Assembly (NCBI GenBank): GCA_964606485.1
Contig: CAZSGP010000005.1
Span: 139,649 to 203,648, forward strand
Reading direction: 5' to 3'
DNA from: an uncultured Planctomycetia bacterium
GTDB lineage: Bacteria; Omnitrophota; Gorgyraeia; 2-02-FULL-51-18
Length of the DNA stretch: 64,000 bases
Shown: positions 29,662 to 40,246 of the stretch, in pieces
How the letters are laid out: each line of letters begins with the position of its first letter
How positions within the stretch are numbered: position 1 is the stretch's first letter
Made by a program: the position numbers and the translations under genes
The notes under the pieces: model-generated
What the model was told of the DNA's origin: nothing
Databases searched by the model: none
What the model saw: only the letters and a program-made list of their open reading frames with translations

Positions 29662-30843
29662 ATGATCAAATATTTACAAAATAAAAAAGTACAAAAAGCC
29701 ATTTACATCGTTTTAGCGGTTGTGGTGGTTGTCGGTTTTGGACTATCCGGTATTCTCATCGGGGATAAATCGGATCCCTCTCAGGCATTGGCTCAATTTG
29801 ATAATAAAAAAATCACCGTCCAGGATTATCTTAAAAGTTACCGCGCCATTGATCGTGAAATCCGCATGCACTACGGAGATCGTGCTCAGGAAGTGCGCTC
29901 GAAACTCAATTTAAAAGGTGAGGCATGGGACCGCATTCTTCTACTCCTCCATGCTCAAAAAAATAAGATTAAGACCTCTGACTCGGAGGTCGTGCAGTGG
30001 CTAATGGATCAGCCCGCTTTTTTTAGCAAAAATCAATTCGATGACACGCTCTATAAAATGTACGTTCGCAATTATATGCGGATGGAGCCCCGTGAATTTG
30101 AAGAAGCAATTCGAGAGTCGTTAACCCTAGACAAGGTGCGCGCCAAAGTGGGTGAACAGGCTTCGCTTACCGACGAAGTTTTGCGAGACCTTTATACTAA
30201 AAAATATCCCGAATACGATATCGCCTACGGCGTGATCCCTTGGGAAAAATCAAAAGTCGGGATAGAAGTTGAGGATTCTGAAATTTCAAAAATTTATGAC
30301 GTCGTGAAGGATAATTTGACCGCGCCCGCCGGGCCCGATGAAACCCAAGAGAAAAAGCTCACTCCCGATGAAGCTAAAGAACAGCTCAAGTCCACGCTTT
30401 TGAAACAAAAGGCGATTGATGCAGGCCTCACAAAATTAAAAGAAGCGAAGATCGCCATGGCCAAAGATGGCTCTGACTTTGAAAAGATTCTCGCCGATAA
30501 AGGGGTTGATCTTGTTCAAATCCAACATCTTTCCCATGGGACAGATCTTCCACTGATGGGACCTTCCATGATTGCGGAGGAAGCCGTCTCCACGCTCAAG
30601 GAGGGTGAAGTTGCGGAGCCTGTTTCTATTGGAAATGGCGCGGCGATCATTAAAATGCTCAAAAAATTGCCGTCTGACCCCAAAAATTTTGAGAAAAACA
30701 AAGAATCATTCCGCTCTGAAATGTCACTGACAAAGAAAGACGAGGAGATGAAAAAGCTTCTTGAGAAATTAAGAAGCGACTTGAAGTTGAATCTAGAGTT
30801 AATGAAGAAAATTTTTCCGGAAGACGAAATTTCTGAAAAATAA
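29662..30843 (+). CDS. Membrane-anchored periplasmic chaperone, PpiD/SurA-N-like (no clear PPIase motifs)
   Basis: 393 aa. N-terminal TM helix IYIVLAVVVVVGFGLSGILI, followed by a soluble helical domain with PpiD-like organisation. Confidence 0.45.
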   Translation: MIKYLQNKKVQKAIYIVLAVVVVVGFGLSGILIGDKSDPSQALAQFDNKKITVQDYLKSYRAIDREIRMHYGDRAQEVRSKLNLKGEAWDRILLLLHAQKNKIKTSDSEVVQWLMDQPAFFSKNQFDDTLYKMYVRNYMRMEPREFEEAIRESLTLDKVRAKVGEQASLTDEVLRDLYTKKYPEYDIAYGVIPWEKSKVGIEVEDSEISKIYDVVKDNLTAPAGPDETQEKKLTPDEAKEQLKSTLLKQKAIDAGLTKLKEAKIAMAKDGSDFEKILADKGVDLVQIQHLSHGTDLPLMGPSMIAEEAVSTLKEGEVAEPVSIGNGAAIIKMLKKLPSDPKNFEKNKESFRSEMSLTKKDEEMKKLLEKLRSDLKLNLELMKKIFPEDEISEK

Positions 30844-30847
30844 ATCC

Positions 30848-31306
30848 CTACTCGCGTTTGCCGAGTAGCCCTTTTAACTCTTTCATAAACTGATTGATGT
30901 CTTTGAACTGCCGGTAAACACTGGCAAACCGCACGTAGGCGACTTCGTCGATTTTATGAAGATGGTCCATGACGAGCTCCCCTATCTCCTTCACTTTCAC
31001 TTCCTTATCGAAACTTTTCTGAAGCTCTTTTTCGACTTTATCCACCACGGATTCGATTTTCTCCATGCTGACCGGGCGTTTTTCACAGGCTTTCACAATC
31101 CCGGAGATAATTTTATTGCGGTCAAAAGACTCGCGGCGGCCGTCTTTTTTGACGACCATTATCGGAACTTCTTCGATGTACTCGTAGGTGGTGAAGCGGC
31201 GTTTGCACTTTTCACATTCGCGACGGCGGCGGACGCTCTTGTCCTCGTTAGAGGAGCGGGAGTCAATCACCCGGTCTTCGGTATGAGCGCAGAAAGGGCA
31301 TTTCAT
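30848..31306 (-). CDS. nrdR: Transcriptional repressor NrdR
   Basis: 152 aa. [42 protein letters not shown] (zinc ribbon) plus an ATP-cone. Confidence 0.9.
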   Translation of the reverse strand: MKCPFCAHTEDRVIDSRSSNEDKSVRRRRECEKCKRRFTTYEYIEEVPIMVVKKDGRRESFDRNKIISGIVKACEKRPVSMEKIESVVDKVEKELQKSFDKEVKVKEIGELVMDHLHKIDEVAYVRFASVYRQFKDINQFMKELKGLLGKRE

Positions 31307-31327
31307 GGTTACGCCGAAAAGCGATCA

Positions 31328-31412
31328 GCCGATGGGTGACGGCGGTAGGCGTCCGTCTCGAAAACACCGAAGGTGGCTTTCGAACGGACAACCGCCGGCA
31401 GGACCCGTCGGC
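31328..31412. repeat. 85-bp palindromic hairpin element, copy 2 (inverted relative to copies 1 and 3), between the glyA stop and the nrdR start
   Basis: gccgatgggtgacggcggtaggcgtccgtctcgaaaacaccgaaggtggctttcgaacggacaaccgccggcaggacccgtcggc. It is the reverse complement of the 40247..40331 core. It begins 2 nt after the glyA stop codon. Confidence 0.8.
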
Positions 31413-31414
31413 TG

Positions 31415-32686
31415 TTACGCATGTACGGCCTCAGATTTGTGAGCTAGTAGCTCAGGATAAAGCGGAAACTTTTTCGTCAGCGCCTCGACTTTGTGACGAA
31501 CTTTGGTAATCTCCTCTTCGGAGTGAATATTTTTTAAGACTTCATCAATCAGCGCGCCAATTTCCGTCATTTCTTTTTCTTTCATTCCCCGAGTCGTCGC
31601 CGCGGGCGTTCCGATACGAATCCCGCCCGCTTTCATGGGGCTTTGCGTGTCAAACGGAATGGCATTTTTGTTCACCGTGATCTTTGCGCGATCGAGTGCC
31701 TCGGAACAATCTTTCCCGGTTAATCCTTTTTTATTCACGTCTAATAGCATCAAATGATTATCCGTACCGCCTGAAACCAAACGGTGACCGCGCTTTGTCA
31801 ATTCTGCAGCTAAGGCAGCTGCGTTTTTAATCACCTGGGACTGATAGACTTTAAACGACGGCTCCAAGGCTTCTTTCAAAGCCACAGCCTTGCCTGCGAT
31901 CACGTGCATCAGAGGTCCGCCCTGAAAAAATGGGAACACTTCAGAGTCAATTTTCTTGGCAAAATCAGCCTTGCACAAAATGAGTCCCCCGCGAGGGCCG
32001 CGAAGCGTTTTGTGAGTGGTCGTCGTTACAAACTCGGCATAAGGAACGGGGTTTGGGTGAAGGCCCGCTGCGACAAGACCTGCGATGTGAGCCATATCGA
32101 CGAAAAGAATCGCTCCCACTTTGTCACAGATTTTACGAAAACGTGCAAAATCAATTATCCGCGGATAGGCAGACGCACCCGCGATAATCATTTTAGGCTT
32201 ATGCTCATTGGCGAGCGTTTCAATCTCGTCATAATCAATGCGTTCATCTTGAGGGCTCACGCCATACGGAATAATCTTAAAAAATTTACCTGAAAAATTC
32301 ATAGGATGACCATGTGTCAGATGTCCGCCATGCGAGAGATTCATGGCAAGCACCGTGTCTCCGGGTTCAAGCACCGAAAAATAGACTGCCGCGTTGGCTT
32401 GAGAACCAGAGTGCGGTTGAACGTTCACGTGCTCAGCTCCAAAAAGTTTCTTCGCACGTTCGATCGCAAGGTTTTCGGCTTGGTCTACAAATTCGCATCC
32501 GCCATACCAACGTTTGGCGGGGTAACCTTCGGCGTATTTGTTTGTCATCACCGAGCCTACCGCTTCCATCACGGCAAGACTCGTAAAATTTTCACTCGCG
32601 ATCAGTTCAATATTTTCGTTTTGACGGTGCGCTTCTTTTGAAATCGATTCAAAAATTTCAGGATCTGTTTTTGAGAGAATGCTCAT
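31415..32686 (-). CDS. glyA: Serine hydroxymethyltransferase
   Basis: PLP-dependent SHMT motifs ([32 protein letters not shown]). The start is placed at MSILSK, giving an ATGA overlap with the rpiB stop. Confidence 0.9.
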   Translation of the reverse strand: MSILSKTDPEIFESISKEAHRQNENIELIASENFTSLAVMEAVGSVMTNKYAEGYPAKRWYGGCEFVDQAENLAIERAKKLFGAEHVNVQPHSGSQANAAVYFSVLEPGDTVLAMNLSHGGHLTHGHPMNFSGKFFKIIPYGVSPQDERIDYDEIETLANEHKPKMIIAGASAYPRIIDFARFRKICDKVGAILFVDMAHIAGLVAAGLHPNPVPYAEFVTTTTHKTLRGPRGGLILCKADFAKKIDSEVFPFFQGGPLMHVIAGKAVALKEALEPSFKVYQSQVIKNAAALAAELTKRGHRLVSGGTDNHLMLLDVNKKGLTGKDCSEALDRAKITVNKNAIPFDTQSPMKAGGIRIGTPAATTRGMKEKEMTEIGALIDEVLKNIHSEEEITKVRHKVEALTKKFPLYPELLAHKSEAVHA

Positions 32687-33144
32687 TTCTTTTTGAACAC
32701 CTTTCTTGAAGGGGCTTCCATTTTGTTGATTTGATTCACGCGCCGTGCATGACGACCGCCCTCGAACGTAGCCGACAACCAACTCTTAACAATCAATTCC
32801 GGGTCGTCGAGCACATGCTCTGAGCCTAAAACTAAAATGTTGGCATCATTGTGTTGGCGGGAGAGCTCAGCGACATTTTTATCGTAACAAATCGCGGCGC
32901 GCACTCCCGGAACTTTGTTGGCCGCCATCGCCATTCCGTTTCCACTTTTGCAGATTAAAATTCCAAAATCCGCTTTTTTATTTGAAACGGCAAGTGCTAC
33001 TTTTTTAGCAAATTTTGGGTAGTCACAAGATTCTGCGGAGTTCGTCCCGAAATCGACCGTTTTGTATCCTTTGGAATCAAGCCACTCTTTAATTTCATTT
33101 TTTAGCGAGAACCCGCCGTGATCTGCGCCCAATGCGATTTTCAT
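32683..33144 (-). CDS. rpiB: Ribose-5-phosphate isomerase B
   Basis: 153 aa. [15 protein letters not shown]...[14 protein letters not shown]. Confidence 0.85.
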   Translation of the reverse strand: MKIALGADHGGFSLKNEIKEWLDSKGYKTVDFGTNSAESCDYPKFAKKVALAVSNKKADFGILICKSGNGMAMAANKVPGVRAAICYDKNVAELSRQHNDANILVLGSEHVLDDPELIVKSWLSATFEGGRHARRVNQINKMEAPSRKVFKKK

Positions 33145-33605
33145 AAACTGCCTCCTTTAACCACGCCTTCCAAGCATTCGCGAATCATCTGCAAAACATT
33201 CTTATAAAATTGGGGCGACATATGAATAGGGTCGGGGATGCCCGCAAGCTCCACCCGCTCGTGCTCGCGGGGTGAAAACTCCGTTAACAGTTTCACTTTT
33301 TTCGCGGCCTGCGGTGACAATCGCAGAATAAAATCTCGGTGCATGCGGTCCATCACAAAAATGGCGTCCGCCGCCTGAACCATAGCCGCTGTCAAACGAC
33401 GGCTTTGATGATCCGAAATGTCCACTCCTTCATCGGACATCACGTTGACCGTTTCGTCCGTCGGGCCGTAGCCATCAGAGGCGCTGATGCCCGCCGAGGA
33501 CACTTCAAACTCTCCCGGGCGACCCTCCACCATCTTTCGGAAAAGCCCTTCCGCCATGACCGAGCGACAGCTATTTCCGGTGCAGACAAATAAAATATTC
33601 TTCAA
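33141..33605 (-). CDS. Low-molecular-weight protein tyrosine phosphatase
   Basis: 154 aa. P-loop LFVCTGNSCRSVMAEG (CX5R) and a DP motif. Confidence 0.8.
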   Translation of the reverse strand: MKNILFVCTGNSCRSVMAEGLFRKMVEGRPGEFEVSSAGISASDGYGPTDETVNVMSDEGVDISDHQSRRLTAAMVQAADAIFVMDRMHRDFILRLSPQAAKKVKLLTEFSPREHERVELAGIPDPIHMSPQFYKNVLQMIRECLEGVVKGGSL

Positions 33606-34096
33606 ATATCGACCTTTTTAGCTAAAATCTTTTGTCGGTTTTTCTCTTTAAAATCTTTAAGCGCCGTTGACAGCTTTTCATCACTAAGCGCAAGGATACG
33701 AATTGCTAAAAGTGCCGCATTGCGTACGCCCCCTGAGCCTACGCCTACGGTCGCTACAGGCGTTCCGGCCGGCATCTGCACCGTGGAGAGCAGCGAATCC
33801 ATTCCTTTAAAGGAAGGGCTTTCGATGGGAATTCCAATAACAGGCAAGTCCGTAAAAGCCGCAGAAACGCCGGCTAAGTGTGCCGCGCCACCGGCTGCTG
33901 CAATAATAATTTTAAATCCCTCCGCCTTGGCGGACTCGACAAACGCGGTCGCATCCTTGGGCGTGCGGTGAGCGGACAAAACCCGTGCCACATAAGGCAC
34001 TCCAAATTCTTTCAAGACTTCTCCGCAGGGCTTAAGCTGCTCCGCGTCAGAATCACTTCCCATTAAAATAGCTACGATTGGTTTCATAACGACCAC
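33602..34096 (-). CDS. purE: N5-carboxyaminoimidazole ribonucleotide mutase
   Basis: 164 aa. VAILMGSDSD...AGGAAHL. Confidence 0.85.
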   Translation of the reverse strand: MVVMKPIVAILMGSDSDAEQLKPCGEVLKEFGVPYVARVLSAHRTPKDATAFVESAKAEGFKIIIAAAGGAAHLAGVSAAFTDLPVIGIPIESPSFKGMDSLLSTVQMPAGTPVATVGVGSGGVRNAALLAIRILALSDEKLSTALKDFKEKNRQKILAKKVDI

Positions 34097-34099
34097 TCC

Positions 34100-35377
34100 T
34101 TATCTTAAAACTTTTGCAGCGCGATGCGCGATATCTTTACGGTAATACATTTTATCGAAAAATATTTTGTCGACTGCACTATAAGTACGCGAGAGCGCTT
34201 CGAAAATACCTTTACCGGTGCCCACCACATTCAGCACCCGCCCTCCGGCCGTCAACACGTCCCCATTTTCACGCTTGGTTCCCGCGTGAAAAACTTGGAT
34301 ATGCTTATCTTCTTTGGCCATTGAAAGCCCGGCAATTTTTTTTCCGGTCTCGTACGCGTCAGGGTAGCCTTCGGAAGCGATCACCACGCAAACACAGTCC
34401 TCGTCTTCCCACTGAAGCTCAATGTCTGACAAACGCCCCTTCACCGCCAAATCAATCACTTCCAAAAGATCATTCTTTAAACGCGGCAAAATCACCTGCG
34501 TTTCAGGATCACCCAGACGGGCATTAAACTCTAATAATTTGTAATCGGCGCCGTGAATCATAAGCCCCGCAAAAATAAAACCTTTAAACGGATGGCCGGA
34601 TGCTTTCATTTCCTGAACAATGGGGATAAATACTTTGTCGAGTAACGTTTTTTCTAGCTCTGCCGTCACGATCGGGGCTGGCGAGTATGCTCCCATGCCG
34701 CCGGTGTTTGGACCGTGATCACCTTCAAAAATGCGCTTGTGATCCTGGCTCGAAGCCAAAAGTCTCACGGTGGTTCCGTCAGTTACCGCGATGACGGAAG
34801 CTTCCTCACCTTGCAAGCATTGTTCAATGACGATTTTCTCGCCCGCTTTTCCGAATACTTTTTTGACCATGCTCAAATGAATGGCTTCCATCGCCTTAGG
34901 CTTAGACGCGGCAACCACCACCCCTTTGCCGCCGGCTAAACCGTCTACTTTGACAACAATCGGCGTGCCTTTTTGAGCCACATAGTCCATCGCCTTTTCA
35001 GAGTTTTCAAAAACTTCGAACTCCGCCGTGGGAATAGAGAGTTTCTTCATTAAATTTTTTGAAAATGCTTTCGATCCTTCAAGTTGAGCTGCGTACTGAC
35101 TCGGCCCAAAAATGCGAATACCTTCTTTTTCAAATAAGTCGACGATTCCTTCGACGAGCGGCGCTTCAGGACCCACAATGACAAGCTCAATGGCTTCTTT
35201 TTTACAAAAACGAAGCAGGGCTTCTTGATTTTTTGCAGGAATGTCTACGATTTCAGCCACTTCAGCGATACCGGCATTTCCCGGCGCCACATAAAGCTTG
35301 GTGAGCTTCGGGCTCTTTGAAATTTTCCAGGCCATCGCGTGCTCGCGTCCGCCATTTCCAATAATTAAAACTTTCAT
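34100..35377 (-). CDS. purD: Phosphoribosylamine--glycine ligase
   Basis: The start is placed at MKVLIIGNGGREHA, giving an ATGA overlap with the purM stop. ATP-grasp motifs are present. Confidence 0.85.
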   Translation of the reverse strand: MKVLIIGNGGREHAMAWKISKSPKLTKLYVAPGNAGIAEVAEIVDIPAKNQEALLRFCKKEAIELVIVGPEAPLVEGIVDLFEKEGIRIFGPSQYAAQLEGSKAFSKNLMKKLSIPTAEFEVFENSEKAMDYVAQKGTPIVVKVDGLAGGKGVVVAASKPKAMEAIHLSMVKKVFGKAGEKIVIEQCLQGEEASVIAVTDGTTVRLLASSQDHKRIFEGDHGPNTGGMGAYSPAPIVTAELEKTLLDKVFIPIVQEMKASGHPFKGFIFAGLMIHGADYKLLEFNARLGDPETQVILPRLKNDLLEVIDLAVKGRLSDIELQWEDEDCVCVVIASEGYPDAYETGKKIAGLSMAKEDKHIQVFHAGTKRENGDVLTAGGRVLNVVGTGKGIFEALSRTYSAVDKIFFDKMYYRKDIAHRAAKVLR

Positions 35378-36369
35378 TGAACCGTAACCCCTTCGCCCTT
35401 CACAAGCTCGCCCACCACCCAAGAGTGATGACCGGCCTTGCTTAAGAAGGAGATTACTTTTTGAGCGCGCTCTTTGGGTGTGACCAAAATCATTCCGATT
35501 CCCATGTTAAAGGTACGGTACATTTCTTTGGCCTGAACACTGCCCTCTTCTTCGATCCAGCGAAACACGCGGGGTATCGGCCACGAACCCATGTGAATTT
35601 TAGCGCCGCATCCTTTGGGCAACACGCGGGGAATATTGTCAAAAAATCCGCCGCCGGTGATATGCGCCATCGAATAAATCGGTTCTTTTTCTATAAGCGC
35701 TAAAACAGGTTTTACGTAAAGACGCGTGGGCTTTAAAATTTCCGCCGCGTGTTCTTTAATGAATTCTTCTTTTAAAACTTTCCGTACAAACGAAAATCCG
35801 TTGGAGTGAACGCCGCTTGAGGCGATCCCGATGATGGCATGCCCAGCTTTCGCTTTTTTTCCGTCGATAATTTTATCCTTATCCACCACGCCCACGCAAA
35901 AACCGGCAATATCAAAATCGCCGCGCGCATAAAGCCCAGGCATTTCGGCGGTTTCGCCGCCGATGAGAGCGCATCCGGATTCTTTGCAACCCGAGGCGAT
36001 GCCTTTGATTACGCTTTTCATCATCACGTTATCCAATTTTCCAATTGCGAAATAATCGAGGAAAAATAAAGGTTCCGCACCCAACGTCAAAATATCATTC
36101 ACGTTCATCGCCACAAGATCTACGCCAATTCCCTCGTACATCCCGGTTGAGATGGCGAGTTTGAGTTTCGTTCCGACGCCGTCGGTTGAACTCACAAGCA
36201 CGGGGTTTTTGTATTTCTTTGGAATCTGACACAGCGCTCCAAAGCCGCCGATGCCGCCCACGACTTCCGCACGTCGCGTGGCGCGTGCGAGTGGCTTAAT
36301 GCTTTCCACAAAGTCGTTGGCCTTGTCGATATCGACCCCCGACTGTTTGTACGTCATGCTTTTTTTCAT
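35374..36369 (-). CDS. purM: Phosphoribosylformylglycinamidine cyclo-ligase (AIR synthetase)
   Basis: MTYKQSGVDIDKAN...; PurM N- and C-terminal domains. The start is placed at the ATG overlapping the purF TGA, with GGAG 8 nt upstream. Confidence 0.85.
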   Translation of the reverse strand: MKKSMTYKQSGVDIDKANDFVESIKPLARATRRAEVVGGIGGFGALCQIPKKYKNPVLVSSTDGVGTKLKLAISTGMYEGIGVDLVAMNVNDILTLGAEPLFFLDYFAIGKLDNVMMKSVIKGIASGCKESGCALIGGETAEMPGLYARGDFDIAGFCVGVVDKDKIIDGKKAKAGHAIIGIASSGVHSNGFSFVRKVLKEEFIKEHAAEILKPTRLYVKPVLALIEKEPIYSMAHITGGGFFDNIPRVLPKGCGAKIHMGSWPIPRVFRWIEEEGSVQAKEMYRTFNMGIGMILVTPKERAQKVISFLSKAGHHSWVVGELVKGEGVTVQ

Positions 36370-37763
36370 GCACATTTCTCCGCGTGAAATTTGTTAATGC
36401 CCGAAAACGCAACCGGGTATTTTCCGCTCCAGCACGCCGTGCAGTAATCCTCTTTGGGATTAGAGACAGCTGACAGCATACCTTCAAGAGACAGGTACCC
36501 CAGTGAATCACATTCAAAATATTTTCTCATTTCATCGTGCGAGTATTTATTCGCAATCAGTTCTTCGCGAGTCGGAAAATCAATTCCGTACGCGCACGGA
36601 AAGCGGTGCGGCGGACAGCTGATCCGTAGGTGAACCTCTTTAACGCCCGCCGCGCGAAGCGCGCGAACGCGAAGCTTGGAAGTCGTTCCGCGAACGATGG
36701 AGTCATCCACCACCACGACTTTTTTGCCCTGAAGCACTTCTTTTACGAAATTAAATTTGACGCGCACCTTAAAATCACGAATGCCTTGAGTTGGCTGAAT
36801 GAATGTGCGGCCCACATAGTGATTGCGAATAATACCGTACTCTAAGGGAATACCGGATTCTTGGGAATACCCGAGTGCCGCGGAATTTCCGGAGTCCGGA
36901 ACCGGGATCACATAGTCGGCAGGAACGGGGTGTTCTTGCGCAAGCTTGCGACCTAAACGCTCGCGAACCATGTGCACGTTTTCTCCGAACACTTTCGAAT
37001 CAGGACGCGCAAAATAAACGTGCTCAAAAATGCAATGCGCTTTTTTGTCGATTTTAAGCCCGATGTGCTGAGATTTAATTCCGTCTTTTGAGATAAATAA
37101 AACTTCACCTGGTTCAATTTCGCGGATCGTCTCAGCTTCCATCATGTCGAACGCGCAGGTTTCGGAAGCAATGAGATGGGCATTTCCTTTTTTTCCTAGC
37201 CACAACGGACGAAACCCTTGCGGGTCGCGCGCCGCTACCAAAAATTGATGGGTTAGAAATACGAGCGAGTAAGCGCCCTTCACGCGATTTAAAGCCTCAA
37301 CCACGCCCTCTTCCACGTTGCGAAGGGATGGCTTTGCCATTAAATGAATAATGATTTCGCTATCCGTTGTTGTTTGGAAAATAGATCCGTAGGCTTCGAG
37401 TTCTGAGCGCAAAATGTCAGCATTCACCAAATTTCCATTGTGGCCAATGGCAATTTCGCCGCGCGAATAATCCACAAGAATGGGTTGCGCGTTTTTTAAA
37501 TTGCTAGAACCGGTTGTGGAGTAACGCACATGACCAATCGCACGGTCTCCTGTTAAACCCGCGAGTTCCGCTCCGGCAAACACGTCCTGCACATGACCCA
37601 TGCCGCGGTGAGACGCCATGCGCTTTCCGTCAGAGACCACAATCCCCGCAGACTCTTCCCCGCGGTGTTGAAGCGCGTAAAGCCCTAGATACGAGAGATA
37701 GGCTGCCTGAGGATCACCAAAAACTCCAAACACTCCGCATTTGTCTTTTAATTCGCCGTTCAT
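36366..37763 (-). CDS. purF: Amidophosphoribosyltransferase
   Basis: 465 aa, with a propeptide, then the N-terminal nucleophile CGVFGVFG, a PRTase motif and a C-terminal Cys cluster (CPPHRFPCAYGID). Confidence 0.9.
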   Translation of the reverse strand: MNGELKDKCGVFGVFGDPQAAYLSYLGLYALQHRGEESAGIVVSDGKRMASHRGMGHVQDVFAGAELAGLTGDRAIGHVRYSTTGSSNLKNAQPILVDYSRGEIAIGHNGNLVNADILRSELEAYGSIFQTTTDSEIIIHLMAKPSLRNVEEGVVEALNRVKGAYSLVFLTHQFLVAARDPQGFRPLWLGKKGNAHLIASETCAFDMMEAETIREIEPGEVLFISKDGIKSQHIGLKIDKKAHCIFEHVYFARPDSKVFGENVHMVRERLGRKLAQEHPVPADYVIPVPDSGNSAALGYSQESGIPLEYGIIRNHYVGRTFIQPTQGIRDFKVRVKFNFVKEVLQGKKVVVVDDSIVRGTTSKLRVRALRAAGVKEVHLRISCPPHRFPCAYGIDFPTREELIANKYSHDEMRKYFECDSLGYLSLEGMLSAVSNPKEDYCTACWSGKYPVAFSGINKFHAEKCA

Positions 37764-37999
37764 TTTTGAAGCCTCTCAACCCAATGCGCCGCGTGTCGCG
37801 ACATGCCTTGCCGGCCGATAGGTTCTTTTAGAATAACGTCGAGTTTCGATTCCCAAGCTCCAAGTTCTTGCACGAGCTGATCCTGTTTAAGATTTTGAGC
37901 GGCCTTTTTAGCGCTTTGAACGAGCGGCAACAATTCTCTAGATGTTGCGCCGCCTGCTTTAGCCGCAATTTGTTGTAACGTTTTAATCAACTCTTGCAT
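37760..37999 (-). CDS. Small hypothetical helical protein embedded in the pur operon (not PurS)
   Basis: 79 aa, with 4-nt overlaps on both sides (purF upstream, purL downstream). No recognisable motif was found. Confidence 0.4.
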   Translation of the reverse strand: MQELIKTLQQIAAKAGGATSRELLPLVQSAKKAAQNLKQDQLVQELGAWESKLDVILKEPIGRQGMSRHAAHWVERLQK

Positions 38000-40234
38000 T
38001 TAAGATTTCATTCTCCGGCCAATAGCCGAACGCCACGTGTGCGACAACACTTCGATCGGCGCTTCCAGTAAATTTTTAATTTTCAATTGTTTCCCGCACA
38101 CTTTTCCAATCACGCGATACGCGTAACCGGTCTTTTTAATTTCCTCTTCGGCCATCTTTAGATCATTAGATGCTACTGAAATCACCACACGGCTTTGCGT
38201 CTCACCAAAAAGAAGCGCTTCTTTCGAGAGGGCGCCTTGAGAAAGCTCGACCTCGCAACCGATCTCAGTCCCCTTGTTTGAAATGCAAGACTCAGCCAGT
38301 GCGACTGCCAAACCGCCTTCGGCACAATCGTGTGCAGACTTCATCAAATGTTTTTTCGAAAGCGTCACGAGTAAATGATTTAAGGTATTCGCTTCTTTTA
38401 AATCTAAGTGTGGCACCGCACCCGTTTTTAAATTGTGGATGACTTTTAAAAATTCGGACCCACCGAGCTCTTCTTTAGTTTCGCCAAGTAGAATTATGAC
38501 GTCGCCTTCCTCTTTAAAAAAGGAAGTGACCGGCTCACGGCCTTCGATGAGTCCCACCATTCCAATGGTCGGAGTGGGGTCAATCGCGCCGCGCGGATTT
38601 TGGTTATACAAAGAAACGTTTCCACCGGATACCGGCGTGTCAAAGGCGAGACACGCATCGCGCATGCCTTCGATGGACTTTTTAAGCTGCCAAAAAATTT
38701 CAGGATTCATGGGATTGCCGAAATTGAGACAATTCGTAATCGATAAAAGCTCAGCGCCCGAGCACGCCACGTTGCGCGCAGACTCAGCGACGGCAATTTT
38801 TCCGCCTTCGTAAGGATCCAGGTGACAATACGTAGAGTTGCAGTCGAGTGACACCGCGATCGACTTATTCGTGTCCTTAATGCGAATTACCGAAGCATCT
38901 GAGCCCGGCAAAACAGTCGTGTTCGTGCGAACCATGTGATCGTATTGTTGATAGATCCATTCCTTGCTCGCAATCGTCGGAGAGTCTAAAAGTTTTAAGA
39001 GAACCGCGTTCAGATCTCCCGCCGGTTTTAGCGACTTTAAATCAAAATTTTTATGCTGTTTGAAATAGGCGGGTTCTTTTTCTTCCCGGATGTAAACCGG
39101 CGCGTCATCGGCGAGCGGACGCGCGGGAATTTCGGCAGCAACAACGCCTTTGTCTTTGACGCGCATGAGACCATCGTCGGTCACCATGCCGATTTCTTCG
39201 GCGTGCAGATCCCACTTTTCGAAAATGTTTTTGGCTTCTTGCTCGCGGCCTTTTTTTACGATGACAAGCATGCGCTCTTGAGATTCGGAGAGCATGATTT
39301 CGTAGGGCACCATACCCGTTTCGCGCTGAGGAACACGCGCGACATCGATTTCAATGCCGGTATTTCCACGCGATGCGGTTTCACAGGTTGAGCAGGTTAG
39401 TCCCGCGGCACCCATGTCTTGAATACCCACCACACAACCAGTTTTTAAAAGTTCAAGTACGGCTTCGAGAAGTAATTTTTCCATGAACGGATCGCCCACT
39501 TGAACTGCGGGACGCTCTTTTTCAGATTCCTCGCTCAAGTCTTTTGAGGCAAAACTGGCGCCGCCCATGCCGTCGCGGCCGGTGGCCGAACCTAAATAAA
39601 GCACCGGATTTCCAACGCCTTCGGCTTTCGCTTTCACAATCTCTTCTTTTTTGGCGAGTCCCAACGCAAAAGCGTTTACGAGCGGATTGCCGTCATAGCT
39701 CTCATCAAAATAAACTTCGCCACCAACAGTGGGAACCCCAATGCAGTTTCCGTAAAATCCAATTCCTGCCGTAACTCCCGACAAGAGATGCTTCGTCACG
39801 CCAAAATTTGGAGAGTCTTTTTCTAATTTTCCAAAGCGGAGCGAGTTCATCGACATAATGGGACGCGCGCCCATCGTAAAAATGTCGCGCAAGATTCCGC
39901 CGACACCGGTCGCGGCTCCCTGAAAAGGTTCAATCGCCGACGGATGATTGTGGGATTCGACTTTAAACGCAATCACGTAACCGTCGCCAATGTCGACGAC
40001 ACCGGCATTTTCTTCGCCAGCTTTCACCAAAATACGTTTGCCGTCTTTAGGAAGCAGCTTTAGAACATTCTTTGAATTTTTGTATGAGCAGTGCTCGCTC
40101 CACATCACGCTGAAAATTCCAAGTTCCGTGATATTGGGTTCGCGGCCAAGAATGCCCTTAATCCGGTCGTACTCAGCCGGAGTGACATTGTGCTTAGCGA
40201 TAATTTCGGGTGTTATCTCAATCGTTTGTGTCAT
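38000..40234 (-). CDS. purL: Phosphoribosylformylglycinamidine synthase II (large subunit)
   Basis: 744 aa, with the two AIRS-like repeats typical of PurL and SD AGGGA upstream. Confidence 0.9.
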   Translation of the reverse strand: MTQTIEITPEIIAKHNVTPAEYDRIKGILGREPNITELGIFSVMWSEHCSYKNSKNVLKLLPKDGKRILVKAGEENAGVVDIGDGYVIAFKVESHNHPSAIEPFQGAATGVGGILRDIFTMGARPIMSMNSLRFGKLEKDSPNFGVTKHLLSGVTAGIGFYGNCIGVPTVGGEVYFDESYDGNPLVNAFALGLAKKEEIVKAKAEGVGNPVLYLGSATGRDGMGGASFASKDLSEESEKERPAVQVGDPFMEKLLLEAVLELLKTGCVVGIQDMGAAGLTCSTCETASRGNTGIEIDVARVPQRETGMVPYEIMLSESQERMLVIVKKGREQEAKNIFEKWDLHAEEIGMVTDDGLMRVKDKGVVAAEIPARPLADDAPVYIREEKEPAYFKQHKNFDLKSLKPAGDLNAVLLKLLDSPTIASKEWIYQQYDHMVRTNTTVLPGSDASVIRIKDTNKSIAVSLDCNSTYCHLDPYEGGKIAVAESARNVACSGAELLSITNCLNFGNPMNPEIFWQLKKSIEGMRDACLAFDTPVSGGNVSLYNQNPRGAIDPTPTIGMVGLIEGREPVTSFFKEEGDVIILLGETKEELGGSEFLKVIHNLKTGAVPHLDLKEANTLNHLLVTLSKKHLMKSAHDCAEGGLAVALAESCISNKGTEIGCEVELSQGALSKEALLFGETQSRVVISVASNDLKMAEEEIKKTGYAYRVIGKVCGKQLKIKNLLEAPIEVLSHTWRSAIGRRMKS

Positions 40235-40246
40235 ATTTCCCTATTT

